Part shown: positions 28,420-37,962 of the stretch, piece by piece
Layout: each line of letters begins with the position of its first letter
Position numbering within the stretch: position 1 is the first letter of the stretch
Origin: a virus
Lineage: Duplodnaviria > Heunggongvirae > Uroviricota > Caudoviricetes
Direction: 5' to 3' (one strand)
IMG/VR virus record: IMGVR_UViG_2645727901_000008
DNA length: 64,000 bases
The notes under the pieces: generated by a model
Seen by the model: only the letters and a program-made list of their open reading frames with translations
The model's database searches: none
Told to the model about the DNA's origin: nothing
Program-made: the position numbers and the translations under genes

Positions 28420-29097
28420 TCACTCCACTACAAACCAGTCACATGCCAGTAAGTCGCCTACAGAAGGAACCCACGGAACAACTACACCTTGTGCATTTTT
28501 TAAGGCGAAATAAGCACCATACGGAACGAGGTCGCCGGGGAAATATCCCTTAATGGGTTCCATTCGTGCCGGGTACTGTCCTTCAGGAACCAGCCAGCAG
28601 AATTGGTTTTCGCCGTTCCACCCGCGTCGAGCAACTTTCTTGCCATCCTTCAGCCACATCAGCGCGTCAGAAAAGTCGGCTGCTTCAAGGTCGATTTCTT
28701 CTTGCTGGGTGGTGATGCCACCAGCAGAAATAGTTACGCTCCCGGTAAGATTAATCATCACGCCGTTGTCATCCGTAATGATGACCGTGGTTCCATTTTT
28801 GGCGGCGTCGTTAACCAGGCCATAGCGTTCCTCAAATGGTTTCTCCGGGGCATAGAACAAATAACCGTTTTCATAAACGATCAGATACCCGCCAGTTTTT
28901 GGTCGGTGTTTTTGTAAAAACATTGCGTCAACACAAACTGTTGCCCCTTTTGGCTCAACGAGTTCGATGCAGCCCCAAAGTGGGGCATCAGTTACTCCGA
29001 AAATAACAACATTTTTGATTTTCGATGCACTAACGTTTTTGTGAGCTTTGTATTTGGGAAGGAACTTAAAAAGCTCTTTCGTTGCCATGTTATTCAT
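28420..29097 (-). CDS. Protein with C-terminal DUF2829 (Tad2-like) domain
   Basis: C-terminus ALMWLKDGKKVARRGWNG...VPWVPSVGDLLACDWFVVE fits the DUF2829 pattern as I recall it. Confidence 0.5.
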   Translation of the reverse strand: MNNMATKELFKFLPKYKAHKNVSASKIKNVVIFGVTDAPLWGCIELVEPKGATVCVDAMFLQKHRPKTGGYLIVYENGYLFYAPEKPFEERYGLVNDAAKNGTTVIITDDNGVMINLTGSVTISAGGITTQQEEIDLEAADFSDALMWLKDGKKVARRGWNGENQFCWLVPEGQYPARMEPIKGYFPGDLVPYGAYFALKNAQGVVVPWVPSVGDLLACDWFVVE

Positions 29098-29111
29098 AGT
29101 CTTTTCTCTGC

Positions 29112-29606
29112 TTATAACTTTTCGTACTGAAGCGGTGAACGCTTAATTTCAAAGTGGCCTTCCGATGTGCTACCAAAGCCACCAGCACCACGTTCCGTTT
29201 CGTTGAGTTCCTCAACCTCGACTAGTGAGACTTGTTCAACACGCTCAAAAATGCCTTGCATGACAGCCATTCCTGGCTTGAGACAAACGCCTTCCCCGCC
29301 GGGATCAGTAATCAGTTTTGCCATGATTTCACCGCGATAATCGGAGTCGATAATTCCTACGCAGTTAGCCAGGCGAGTATGTTTTTTGCAGCCCAATCCG
29401 GATCGCGGATAGAGTTTCAGACACCAGCCGGGCGGGATCTCCATAGCCAGTCCGGTATACACCCACCAGCTTGAGGAAATTGCACCATTGCTATCGACGC
29501 ATGTTTTTATTTCAACAGCCTCAAAATCCATCGCCGCCGATCCGGAGGTGGCATAAGCTGGAAGTTTTGCTGCCGGATGTAGGCGTTTCACTTTTACGTA
29601 AATCAT
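29112..29606 (-). CDS. dut: dUTP diphosphatase
   Basis: GIIDSDYRGE and RGAGGFGSTS dUTPase motifs. Confidence 0.85.
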   Translation of the reverse strand: MIYVKVKRLHPAAKLPAYATSGSAAMDFEAVEIKTCVDSNGAISSSWWVYTGLAMEIPPGWCLKLYPRSGLGCKKHTRLANCVGIIDSDYRGEIMAKLITDPGGEGVCLKPGMAVMQGIFERVEQVSLVEVEELNETERGAGGFGSTSEGHFEIKRSPLQYEKL

Positions 29607-30079
29607 TGTTTTTTAGCTCTCTGCGTGAAGGTGTAAACCCGACGTTTGATATGTGGAACGGTAGGAACAGGAAGACAGGAACTTTCAATAACCCCTTGCT
29701 CCTCCAGCGATCGCACCGCCCGCAAGAACTGCGACGTGTCGCCGCCAAACTGGCGGGCATAGGTGCTGCCGTTAAGAAGTATTTGAGCTATTACCCGAGC
29801 TTTTGTCTGGCTGTCACGATATGCGAATAGCCGCACGGCCTCTTCTGGCGCAATCGCTAACTGATAGCCTTTACCGGCACGGTGTCGAATGAATCCATGC
29901 GCCAGTAGGTTTTTGAGTTCGTTACGAGTGCGAACAGATCCGTAATCCAGGAAGTGCGGATTAATAACGACTGGCTTAAACCATTCCGTAGGTGCTTTAG
30001 CTAATAGAGCTAACAGCTTTCCGGACAATTCTGGATAGGAAGACGGGTAACAATTCAGAGATGGGTAATAAGTTTTCAC
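29603..30079 (-). CDS. Hypothetical protein (158 aa)
   Basis: ORF overlapping dut start by 4 nt. Confidence 0.45.
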   Translation of the reverse strand: MKTYYPSLNCYPSSYPELSGKLLALLAKAPTEWFKPVVINPHFLDYGSVRTRNELKNLLAHGFIRHRAGKGYQLAIAPEEAVRLFAYRDSQTKARVIAQILLNGSTYARQFGGDTSQFLRAVRSLEEQGVIESSCLPVPTVPHIKRRVYTFTQRAKKQ

Positions 30080-30420
30080 CGACGCCCCCTTGCAGGATAT
30101 CGACCTGCATCAGTATCCGGTGCGATAAAGCCGGTAGTGGGGCGAGTGAAAGCGAGATTAATCTTCTCGACCATAGTGCGATAATTTTCCTGATAGTGGG
30201 CCAGGAGTTTTTCGGCGGCAATGATGGTTACTTTCCGGACGTAGCTTTCTGCTTCCTCCAGATTTCGCCAGTTTTTTTCGAGGGTAAACACAGGGACGGC
30301 CTCAAGCCCGGTCATGATGCCGAATACAACGACAGCATGACTGTTCTTAACACCAGCAGCGAAGGTTACGGTGTAACCATCCACCTTAAAGCGTCTTGAT
30401 TCCGTGATTTGACTCTGCAA
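30076..30420 (-). CDS. Hypothetical protein (114 aa), TTG start in track
   Basis: ORF; start codon at 30420 is TTG. Confidence 0.4.
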   Translation of the reverse strand: MQSQITESRRFKVDGYTVTFAAGVKNSHAVVVFGIMTGLEAVPVFTLEKNWRNLEEAESYVRKVTIIAAEKLLAHYQENYRTMVEKINLAFTRPTTGFIAPDTDAGRYPARGRR

Positions 30421-30493
30421 AGCACCCTCCGAAATAGGCGAGGGTACTTTACAGCAAAGATAACAATCTAAAAAGATGTGTTAGAAATTTAAT

Positions 30494-31522
30494 TTATGAA
30501 TCCATCAGGCGGCTATTAGCCCCCACAGACACGCCGCCACGGCGCAGATACCGCATAAGTGTTTCCGGTTTCTTCCAGGTTCCTTCCTGCATGATCTCCA
30601 CCATAGACACCTGCTTTTCAGCCATATCGATAGCGGCCCCGACACGAGCACTATGCCCGGTCCACGTCCGGTATCTCCCTTTGTTTGGCGTGGCATCTCT
30701 TTTATTCAGCAACACCCAGGCGTCGCTGAATATTTTCTCCATTGCAGGTGCAGTAAGGGGAGTTGTCGTAATCCTGGCCTTATTGCTACGGTGTATCGGC
30801 GGGAACAGCACCGCGTCAGGATGTTCACGAAGCCCGGAAACATCCAGCCAGTCATTCAGCACTGCGGTAGTGCGACGGGAAAGCACCTTATCAAGCCCGG
30901 CGGCGGTCGTTATTGTCTTCGTGTGTGAAATATGTAGCGTGACAGTGTCACCTGTTTGGTCCAGATCTCCTACACGAATACGCGAGATTTCAGACATTCG
31001 CATCAGCGTATTGTATGCAACGAAGAGGAAAGCCCGGTTACGCAGGTCCACCAGCCGTTCTGACCTGGACAACAGGACGTCGAGCAGTTTCAGATCGTCC
31101 CACCGCAGCGGTATAGCCTGGCCTGTTCGTTCGCCTTTTTCCGTTGCCGCTTCGCGCCGGATGCGCCGCATAGCCAGAGAAACACTTTTATCATCCGAAA
31201 GTGGCGGAAGGCCACAATGCGAAAGCAGCATGTTAAGCATGGCGTAGTGCTTATCAATGGTGGTCGAAGCCAGATCAGCATCATGCAGCTGAAGAAAATA
31301 CTCGCGGGCCATCTCTGGTGAGATCGGGAACCAAGCGAGCTGGCGAGCGTGGCACCATCGCGCCCAGGAGTGAAACACTAACCGGAGATCGCGCAAAGTA
31401 TTCGGCGCGTAAGCCCCCTGGTCATTCATGAACCGCATAAAGTTTTCTGCGGCCTCCTGGTACTCTTTGCCAATGTTGCGCAGAAAACCACCGGAGCTGC
31501 CAGAGATAATTAATTCACTCAT
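30494..31522 (-). CDS. dre: Cre-family tyrosine recombinase (Dre-like)
   Basis: 342 aa; aligns with P1 Cre at NMLLSHCGLPPLSDDKSVSLAMRRIRRE and WTGHSARVGAAIDMAEKQVSMVEIMQEGTW; cognate site is rox-like. Confidence 0.85.
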   Translation of the reverse strand: MSELIISGSSGGFLRNIGKEYQEAAENFMRFMNDQGAYAPNTLRDLRLVFHSWARWCHARQLAWFPISPEMAREYFLQLHDADLASTTIDKHYAMLNMLLSHCGLPPLSDDKSVSLAMRRIRREAATEKGERTGQAIPLRWDDLKLLDVLLSRSERLVDLRNRAFLFVAYNTLMRMSEISRIRVGDLDQTGDTVTLHISHTKTITTAAGLDKVLSRRTTAVLNDWLDVSGLREHPDAVLFPPIHRSNKARITTTPLTAPAMEKIFSDAWVLLNKRDATPNKGRYRTWTGHSARVGAAIDMAEKQVSMVEIMQEGTWKKPETLMRYLRRGGVSVGANSRLMDS

Positions 31523-31673
31523 GAAACTATTTAACCTCTATATACAGATGACGCTACGCAAAAATATAAAAATGACAGGGTAGCTATAAGTTAATTTTCA
31601 AAATTCAAGCCTTTGATTCGAGGCACGTATTTTTAGTGATGTCAACACTGATCATCTACCCATGATTATAGTC

Positions 31674-31705
31674 TAACTTTAAATAATGCCAATTATCTAA
31701 AGTTA
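31674..31705. other. rox-like recombination site TAACTTTAAATAAT-GCCA-ATTATCTAAAGTTA (one substitution relative to rox as recalled), about 150 bp upstream of the recombinase start
   Basis: 14-bp inverted arms around a 4-bp spacer read from sequence; also related to loxP. Confidence 0.8.
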
Positions 31706-31906
31706 GAAACTTAGGAATTTTTTTCCTTTCCCCGTAGATGGGCAATGCATTGCTGGCGTGGGCTTTAAGTTATGCCTGGCAGTTTTTAAGCAGAATTTTC
31801 TAAATTGGATGACAAAAAAATGCATCTTGATCCTTTACTCACCCTGTTATTCGGCATAGATTTGTCATAGTAATTTTATGTTAGAAAACTAAATCGAGTA
31901 GGAATA

Positions 31907-32944
31907 ATGAGTAAGAAGTCGATCGAGAAAGAGTACAAACGGTTCCTGCAAACCGCTGAACGGTGGAAAGAGCTGGTGGTCGCAAACTCTGTTTTCCATG
32001 ATACCAGTTATGCCGGCGAGGAATTCCGCCACGTTGCACTAACACATGATCAGAATGTACTAGAAGAAGCTGAAAAGTGCCTCACAGAATGGAAAGCCTT
32101 TGTTGACTTGTGCCGTAACGCTGACGGCAAAGCGTCCAACATTGTTGAGTCTGTATATTCTCCGATCCCATTCATTATTGAGGACACAAATCAAAGCACG
32201 CATATTGTTGTGCAAAGCGCGACCACCACCCGCTCATTTACGCGCGAAAATCTGCTCAAAAAATATGATGCAATTATAAAGAAAAGCCTGAAAAACAAGA
32301 TATTTTCGCAGATTGTTGGTGCACTTGAAGAAGAGCGCCGTTTTTTCGCATCAGAACCTGAAGGGGAAGTTTACCGGGCGCGCAAAGATGGATACACAGA
32401 TGTAGTGCTTACAACAAACATTGAAGGCAGCAATGCTCTGTCACGATTCAGGGTAGGCGCACACGGAGCCTTAGTGTTCGCAAAACTTCCGAACACCACA
32501 GTGCCCGTTGTTAATAATGTCGGCGAACGTCGCAGCATTACTATTTATTCTGGGGTTGAGTCGATACCTTGCGGCCTGCTTGGTGACTTTAGCCTCTATC
32601 GCGTTCGCGATCTGGAGAAACACCAACCAAGCTATGTTGCGAAGTCATATATCTTGCGAAACATCGACATCCGCAATGAGAGCTTAAAGAACAAATCAGC
32701 CAAAATGCTTGAGGAAGCCGATCCGGCTATTCGCCATATCATTGAGCGTAAAATACAGACAGCACGCGAAGCGATGGCGAGACTGAATAAAATGGATCTG
32801 GAGTTGTTAGACGTAATGATGACATCCGGAGATGACCTGACAGGCATAAAACTGACAGACGCGCGGAAAAGATACGGTAAAACCATAGAAGAACGTTACG
32901 GGTTCACTTTCTCCCAAACACAGCACGCCGCTAAACTCTGGTAA
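31907..32944 (+). CDS. Hypothetical protein (345 aa) at the position P1 uses for its c1 repressor
   Basis: Convergent with pacB and adjacent to the recombination site; TGTTAGAAAA motif 22 bp upstream; no similarity to P1 C1 that I can recognise. Confidence 0.5.
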   Translation: MSKKSIEKEYKRFLQTAERWKELVVANSVFHDTSYAGEEFRHVALTHDQNVLEEAEKCLTEWKAFVDLCRNADGKASNIVESVYSPIPFIIEDTNQSTHIVVQSATTTRSFTRENLLKKYDAIIKKSLKNKIFSQIVGALEEERRFFASEPEGEVYRARKDGYTDVVLTTNIEGSNALSRFRVGAHGALVFAKLPNTTVPVVNNVGERRSITIYSGVESIPCGLLGDFSLYRVRDLEKHQPSYVAKSYILRNIDIRNESLKNKSAKMLEEADPAIRHIIERKIQTAREAMARLNKMDLELLDVMMTSGDDLTGIKLTDARKRYGKTIEERYGFTFSQTQHAAKLW

Positions 32945-32969
32945 TCACAAGCCCCGCATTGCCGGGGCT

Positions 32970-34478
32970 TTATATATCCAGATCTGGCATTTCCACATCT
33001 GCAAGAACCTGATCGCGGAAGGTAGCCATTTCAGCGCCGATATCTTCATTAGCAGGAACATAGTCCACCAGCATTGTAAAGCAGTAGGTATCCCATCGGT
33101 CAGGTGATTTGATGTTCAGCTTTTGCCGCATGTGCTCCTTGCGCATCATCGCCATCTTCCCTTCTTCATTAAGTAAAAAGGGGATTTTTGACGCTTGCTC
33201 TGCCGTTTTAGGGTCACTGTCTATTCGCATACGACCTGACTTTATGGCATCACGAGCCATAATATTTGCGTAGGCACGTTGGTTAACAAAACGCTCCTTG
33301 TCTTTGTTCGAAAACATGGGTTTCCCCCACCGAATACGTACCGGATTAGCCCCACGGCGCACCAGCTGCGCACAGGTATCTGAACCAAAACCGTCTGCGT
33401 CAACCGCGATTGTAATATTCGGGTATTTATCCGGCGTGCATTCGTTGTATATAAAGTCAGCAAAAGCCAGCGGGTCCATAGTCCCTGGCATTTCCATTAT
33501 CTTAAAGTTAACAACGCGCCGCTTATTCCTGTGACCTGACACCTTGCAGATGTTAAGGACCGACTTGTCTCGCCCGTTCCCAACGTCAGCTGTCGCTACC
33601 CACCCCCAATTTTTCTCCAACAACACCTTGCGCCGCGCAGCGCGATCGCATTCATCACGACCAAGCAAATAGCCGTTAATCTCCCGAGGGAACTGACCAA
33701 GCACCTTAACCATATACTCAATAGAATCGCGCCCGCCATATTCCAGGAGTTTCTGCCTGATGAATTGTGGTGTGACGAACGGTGATTCTTCTGAGTTAAG
33801 AACAATTGCTGTCCAGATCCCTTTCGGGTTGTCTGGGGTTTTAGCTTGAGAATGGTGCGAATCGTAGAAATAACCACTTGGCCTTGTTGGCTGGGATAGC
33901 ATCAACATTCGGTTATCTTCTTCAGTAAGAGCACCGGTCATTACGCCGATCGCCTTATCAGATATACCAGATGCTTCATCCAGAATTAGAAGCAAATGTG
34001 CCGCGTGTTCCCCCGCCAGCGCTTCTTCGTTGCCGAGTCGATAACCTTTGCAGAGAACTTCCCAAATCCCCTTACGGGAGCGCTCATAAAACATGGTGTC
34101 AGAGAGGACAAAATAGGTCTGCAACCACCCATGACGCTTAACTGCATTCGCCCAATACTGTTTAACGTATTTGAATACGCCTGTTTTTACCTGGCCTATC
34201 TTGTTAGCAACAATGATGACACGGGCATCGGGGAACAGGATCATAAAAATCAACAGCAACATCGCGGTAAGGGACGACTTCCCCGTTCCGTGTCCGGACG
34301 TGACGGTAGTCCTACTCCCCGTTTCCTGCACTGACTGAATGATCTGCTGCTGCTGGTGGGAGGGGAACATCCCAAAAATATCGACAACAGCCTGGGTAAA
34401 GTTGTAGCGGTATTTGATTACCATATCGCGCCAGCGTGGATCGCTGGTGACGCATTTAATCTTGCGCCCGCCAGCCAT
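32970..34478 (-). CDS. pacB: Terminase large subunit (PacB-like)
   Basis: 502 aa; Walker A-like TSGHGTGKSS; downstream of and coupled to the pacA-like gene. Confidence 0.8.
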   Translation of the reverse strand: MAGGRKIKCVTSDPRWRDMVIKYRYNFTQAVVDIFGMFPSHQQQQIIQSVQETGSRTTVTSGHGTGKSSLTAMLLLIFMILFPDARVIIVANKIGQVKTGVFKYVKQYWANAVKRHGWLQTYFVLSDTMFYERSRKGIWEVLCKGYRLGNEEALAGEHAAHLLLILDEASGISDKAIGVMTGALTEEDNRMLMLSQPTRPSGYFYDSHHSQAKTPDNPKGIWTAIVLNSEESPFVTPQFIRQKLLEYGGRDSIEYMVKVLGQFPREINGYLLGRDECDRAARRKVLLEKNWGWVATADVGNGRDKSVLNICKVSGHRNKRRVVNFKIMEMPGTMDPLAFADFIYNECTPDKYPNITIAVDADGFGSDTCAQLVRRGANPVRIRWGKPMFSNKDKERFVNQRAYANIMARDAIKSGRMRIDSDPKTAEQASKIPFLLNEEGKMAMMRKEHMRQKLNIKSPDRWDTYCFTMLVDYVPANEDIGAEMATFRDQVLADVEMPDLDI

Positions 34479-35842
34479 TAATCATCCTCCGGCGGTTCTA
34501 TCGCGATATCATCATCTCCGGCGTCATACCCTGCATCAGATACATCATAATCACCGTAAATTTCAGCCGTTGCCGAAGGGTCAATATCCAGCTCTTCGTC
34601 GTTGGCCTCGAATTCTCCAGCTTTACGCTCGCCATTGCGGTCGTAATCTCCGCACCCCAATTCTTCAACAATGGTTGCCACATCCGCCCGGCGCTCTGCC
34701 AGCCATTGCGGATGGTTAGCCTGAAGCGTTGCAAACTCCCTTGCCTCTTTGTCCAGCTGTTCATCATCAACATCATTGACGTCAGAAACAGGTGGTTCGA
34801 GAAGAGTGATAGCTTTCGCCGCGCGCGCCGCGAGGATAGCCGGGACGCTGACCCCCTGGCGCTCGATGTATTCAGCAACACCGATATCATCCAGTTCCTC
34901 GCGCTCACGCATACGTATAGCGGCGGCGATAACTCTGGCTGCGCGTGCGTCAGCGCCAATGCGATATTCAATCTCTTTGCCACGCTGTTCGGCCTGTAGG
35001 CGTGCTAATTCGAGTTTTTCTCTGGCCTCAGCCTCTTTGAATGCTTGCTGGCGAGCGCTCTGACGAAGCTTTTCATCCCCCTGTCGCAGCTTTTGTTCGG
35101 ACTGATATATAGCTGCCAACCTACTGATAAAATCATTCATGTAGTAGGCCGCGTCACTGATTAGACCGAGAAGACGCTGCCCAGGGTGCATTCCTTCTGG
35201 CTCTTTATCGCCCAAGGCGTCTATTTCCGCCTGTAGGCGTTCGGCCTCCTGATCAACAATGCTTTGATACTGAAGTGCGCGCTCTTGCGCCATTTGAATT
35301 GCTAACCGCAGGTGTTCTTCTGCGCCGTTCTTCATCATATCGCGAGCCACATTCGTAGTGGGCAATGTGGCACGCTGCACAGCACCGTCAGGGATCATTG
35401 CAGAAGATCCCTCAATTTTTGGGGCGCTTTTATCTTCTTCGGGGATCATTTTCGCCATTTTTTCGCGCAATGATCTCCTGACAGATTCTTTTATCTCATT
35501 GTTATTATTTGCATTATTTTCATGATCCGAAGTTTTCTTTCTCGGCATACTTCGGAAAGAACCTGCGCCCTGCGAATTGTCAATTTCTGTAAATTTTGTT
35601 TTTTCTGCACCCTCTTCCAGCTTTTTTGTTGCTCTTCCCGCCCGTTTTTTTTCAGGTGATTTGGTGCTTTTTTTTGTTGTCTTTACCTGCGACCGCACCT
35701 CATTTTTTTTCATATTGAGATGCTTTCTGGCTGTATTGAAGCTAAGGCCATGCTCCTCACAGTATTCCTTTACAGTGATCCCTTTTTCTTCACGCAACGC
35801 TATAAAGCGGGCGCGGTGCTCCTCCCAATTAACCAGACTCAT
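34478..35842 (-). CDS. pacA: Terminase small subunit (PacA-like)
   Basis: 454 aa basic and coiled-coil-rich protein in the lpa-pacA-pacB order of P1; internal GATC cluster. Confidence 0.7.
   Translation of the reverse strand: MSLVNWEEHRARFIALREEKGITVKEYCEEHGLSFNTARKHLNMKKNEVRSQVKTTKKSTKSPEKKRAGRATKKLEEGAEKTKFTEIDNSQGAGSFRSMPRKKTSDHENNANNNNEIKESVRRSLREKMAKMIPEEDKSAPKIEGSSAMIPDGAVQRATLPTTNVARDMMKNGAEEHLRLAIQMAQERALQYQSIVDQEAERLQAEIDALGDKEPEGMHPGQRLLGLISDAAYYMNDFISRLAAIYQSEQKLRQGDEKLRQSARQQAFKEAEAREKLELARLQAEQRGKEIEYRIGADARAARVIAAAIRMREREELDDIGVAEYIERQGVSVPAILAARAAKAITLLEPPVSDVNDVDDEQLDKEAREFATLQANHPQWLAERRADVATIVEELGCGDYDRNGERKAGEFEANDEELDIDPSATAEIYGDYDVSDAGYDAGDDDIAIEPPEDD
35393..35527. other. 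Candidate pac site: five GATC elements (mostly TGATCC/TGATCT) within about 135 bp inside pacA
   Basis: GATC at 35393, 35406, 35444, 35472 and 35524 read from sequence; P1 pac is a cluster of TGATC(A/G) hexamers inside pacA. Confidence 0.35.
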
Positions 35843-36231
35843 AAAGCAACACCACGCTTTTTAACGGCGGCATTCCACAGCTTATTCGCCATGTCCACCA
35901 GCTCTCGTTGCTCTTTTCGCGCCTGTTCGACTGATTTCCTGCTACAGTTTTTAACCAGTAAGCTACCGTATTCAGGCGTGCGCCCGCGCACCTTGAACTG
36001 ATATCCGTTCAGACCATGTAGCCAATATTTTCGTGGATACACACGATCATCCAGCTCACAGATTGCCCTGCTTGAACGAACAAAATGACGAATGATGTTA
36101 GTTACACTTACTCGTGAAACATGGAGATGAGGGTATTTTTCTTTGGCGAGAGTGGTAATTTCAGTGACTGTCAGATAGCAGTCAGCCCTGATCATGATAT
36201 CCGCAATTTCTGCGCTGCTGATTTGTTCCAT
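35839..36231 (-). CDS. lpa: Late promoter activator Lpa-like (assigned by position and size)
   Basis: 130-aa ORF immediately upstream of and coupled to pacA. Confidence 0.55.
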   Translation of the reverse strand: MEQISSAEIADIMIRADCYLTVTEITTLAKEKYPHLHVSRVSVTNIIRHFVRSSRAICELDDRVYPRKYWLHGLNGYQFKVRGRTPEYGSLLVKNCSRKSVEQARKEQRELVDMANKLWNAAVKKRGVAL

Positions 36232-36309
36232 TAATCCCCCGGGCAGGAAATGACCGAGGGGATGATAATGAGAATGTTAAAACTGTATAGACTGGTAAAA
36301 AGATGATTA

Positions 36310-36339
36310 TATTAGAAAATTAATATTAAATACCTAACG
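36310..36339. promoter_or_regulatory. Degenerate palindromic site TATTAGA-N16-CCTAACG overlapping a TATAAT-like hexamer upstream of lpa
   Basis: Read from sequence; same 16-bp spacing as the other sites. Confidence 0.3.
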
Positions 36340-36732
36340 CTACCAGCGAGACAAACGAACAACATGTTTCACTTTTGCGATCCACTTTCCGCGATAACTA
36401 TTGATTACGGCCTGTGCCAGCTTCAAATTGGCTTCAAAATCAGCCTTACTACCATCAGACTCCACCAGCATTCCTCCATCTATTTCTGGTAAACATAGAT
36501 AATCCTGCTCAACCTGCAGCGGCATTGATGGCTCTCTGAATGGCGTTACTTGCTCTGCTTTCCAGCGAAATCTAACCCTCATCCCCCTGGTGGTCATTAC
36601 TAGATAGCCTGTTATAGTGCTTTTATGGCCCACATCAGTACGCGTGGCATTGCATGACACGATCTTACAGTTAGCGATAGACCACTCCATATTGGTGGCC
36701 TGTTGAGTGCTTAATTTGGTAGTCCCGTACAT
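36340..36732 (-). CDS. Hypothetical protein (130 aa)
   Basis: ORF coupled to the upstream gene. Confidence 0.45.
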   Translation of the reverse strand: MYGTTKLSTQQATNMEWSIANCKIVSCNATRTDVGHKSTITGYLVMTTRGMRVRFRWKAEQVTPFREPSMPLQVEQDYLCLPEIDGGMLVESDGSKADFEANLKLAQAVINSYRGKWIAKVKHVVRLSRW

Positions 36733-37307
36733 CAGAAAGCCTCCCAGTCAGTCGCGATAATATCCACACCAGTTGCAAACCAGTCTGTCTGCGCCTGTAA
36801 ATCACCATTCATCATTACCAGGCGAGGCATCACCATCACATCGCACCCTTCCACAATATCGAATGCCTCTTCCGGCAAGAATTCGAAGAGCTTTTCTTTG
36901 CTGCCAATGCTGCCACGGAACATCGATATATAGCTCCCTTTAGGCCATGATGTCCGCCGGGCATCAAGCCCTTTCATCATCCAGTAAAAAGCCGAGGAAA
37001 AAGGGATATTCTTTTTGCCAATGATTACATTATTCGCTTCTGTGTACTTCAGGAACTTAACTAACCTTACCATTGACTCGGATAACGCAACGTATGGCTC
37101 ATGATTGATTGCTGACACGCTTACACCGTGCAATCCAACGCTTACCACTGTCATATCGCCGCTTTGTGCGGTTTCGATATTGACGCCTTTGCGAACTAAT
37201 GAGGCGTAAAGTTCCTCTCGCTTTTGGGTCCAGCGTTCACGCTTCCCTATGAAGTCACTCAAAATGAGATCTTCTTCTGCATATGCGTTATCGTTCGCCA
37301 TTAACAT
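36732..37307 (-). CDS. Hypothetical protein (191 aa)
   Basis: ORF in track. Confidence 0.45.
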   Translation of the reverse strand: MLMANDNAYAEEDLILSDFIGKRERWTQKREELYASLVRKGVNIETAQSGDMTVVSVGLHGVSVSAINHEPYVALSESMVRLVKFLKYTEANNVIIGKKNIPFSSAFYWMMKGLDARRTSWPKGSYISMFRGSIGSKEKLFEFLPEEAFDIVEGCDVMVMPRLVMMNGDLQAQTDWFATGVDIIATDWEAF

Positions 37308-37761
37308 AACGTCTCCTTTTTTACACGCGCGACTATCCCCCGGAAGTACCGGTAGTGATGTCGTAACTTCGTATTAATTAAGGGGTACAGCCTGAGCGGC
37401 TATATGATGAATTGAAAGGAGTTGTGGCGGTGGTGCCTCCACCTGCCAGGTTAGCCACTCCCGGCGACGTCACTTATCAGAACGTAGTGAATGAAAATGG
37501 CTTCGTCACGAGCGCATAGCCGCAATTACCACAACGGAAACGGCGCTCACGCTAATTAAACGCCTTTTCCTGTTGTGCGCCGTACTCTTCCGGCTGTCAC
37601 ACCGAATCGCCAGGATGGTGAGTCCTCGGTCCGACGATATGAACGGGGCTTGCACATTCCGGCTACCTGGTTTGTTGCCTGAGCTAGGGGAAAAGGTAAC
37701 CCCTTTAACGTCACCAGACCGCTAACGACGCATGTGCCATACGCCGTGTTACAACCAAATA

Positions 37762-37837
37762 TGGTGGCCCCTACCGGACTTGAACCGGTGACCGTGCGAT
37801 TATGAGTCGCCAGCTCTAACCACTGAGCTAAAGGGCC
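37762..37837 (-). tRNA. tRNA-Ile2 (anticodon CAU, ileX-like; would be read as Met without lysidine context)
   Basis: Reverse complement GGCCCTTTAGCTCAGTGGTTAGAGC...GACTCATAATCGC...GGTTCAAGTCC...GGGGCCACCA nearly matches E. coli ileX. Confidence 0.85.
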
Positions 37838-37848
37838 AATTAGTGTTT

Positions 37849-37962
37849 TATTTTCGACGCCTGAGATTCTTCGCGACTTGTTCTACGCCGTATACGATCA
37901 CAAGTAGAAACAGCAAAAACCATCCAGGGTTCTTATCGATATACGTCCAAAAATCCATCATG
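37849..37962 (-). CDS. Possible small membrane peptide (about 37 aa)
   Basis: Translation MMDFWTYIDKNPGWFLLFLLVIVYGVEQVAKNLRRRK. Confidence 0.25.

Noticed and set aside
31674-31705. Calling the recombination site loxP
   Set aside because: Arms and spacer differ from loxP at several positions; the site matches rox far better, so it is called rox-like.
34498-34983. 161-aa alternative-frame ORF within pacA
   Set aside because: Same strand, different frame, wholly inside the terminase small-subunit gene, which has the better context.
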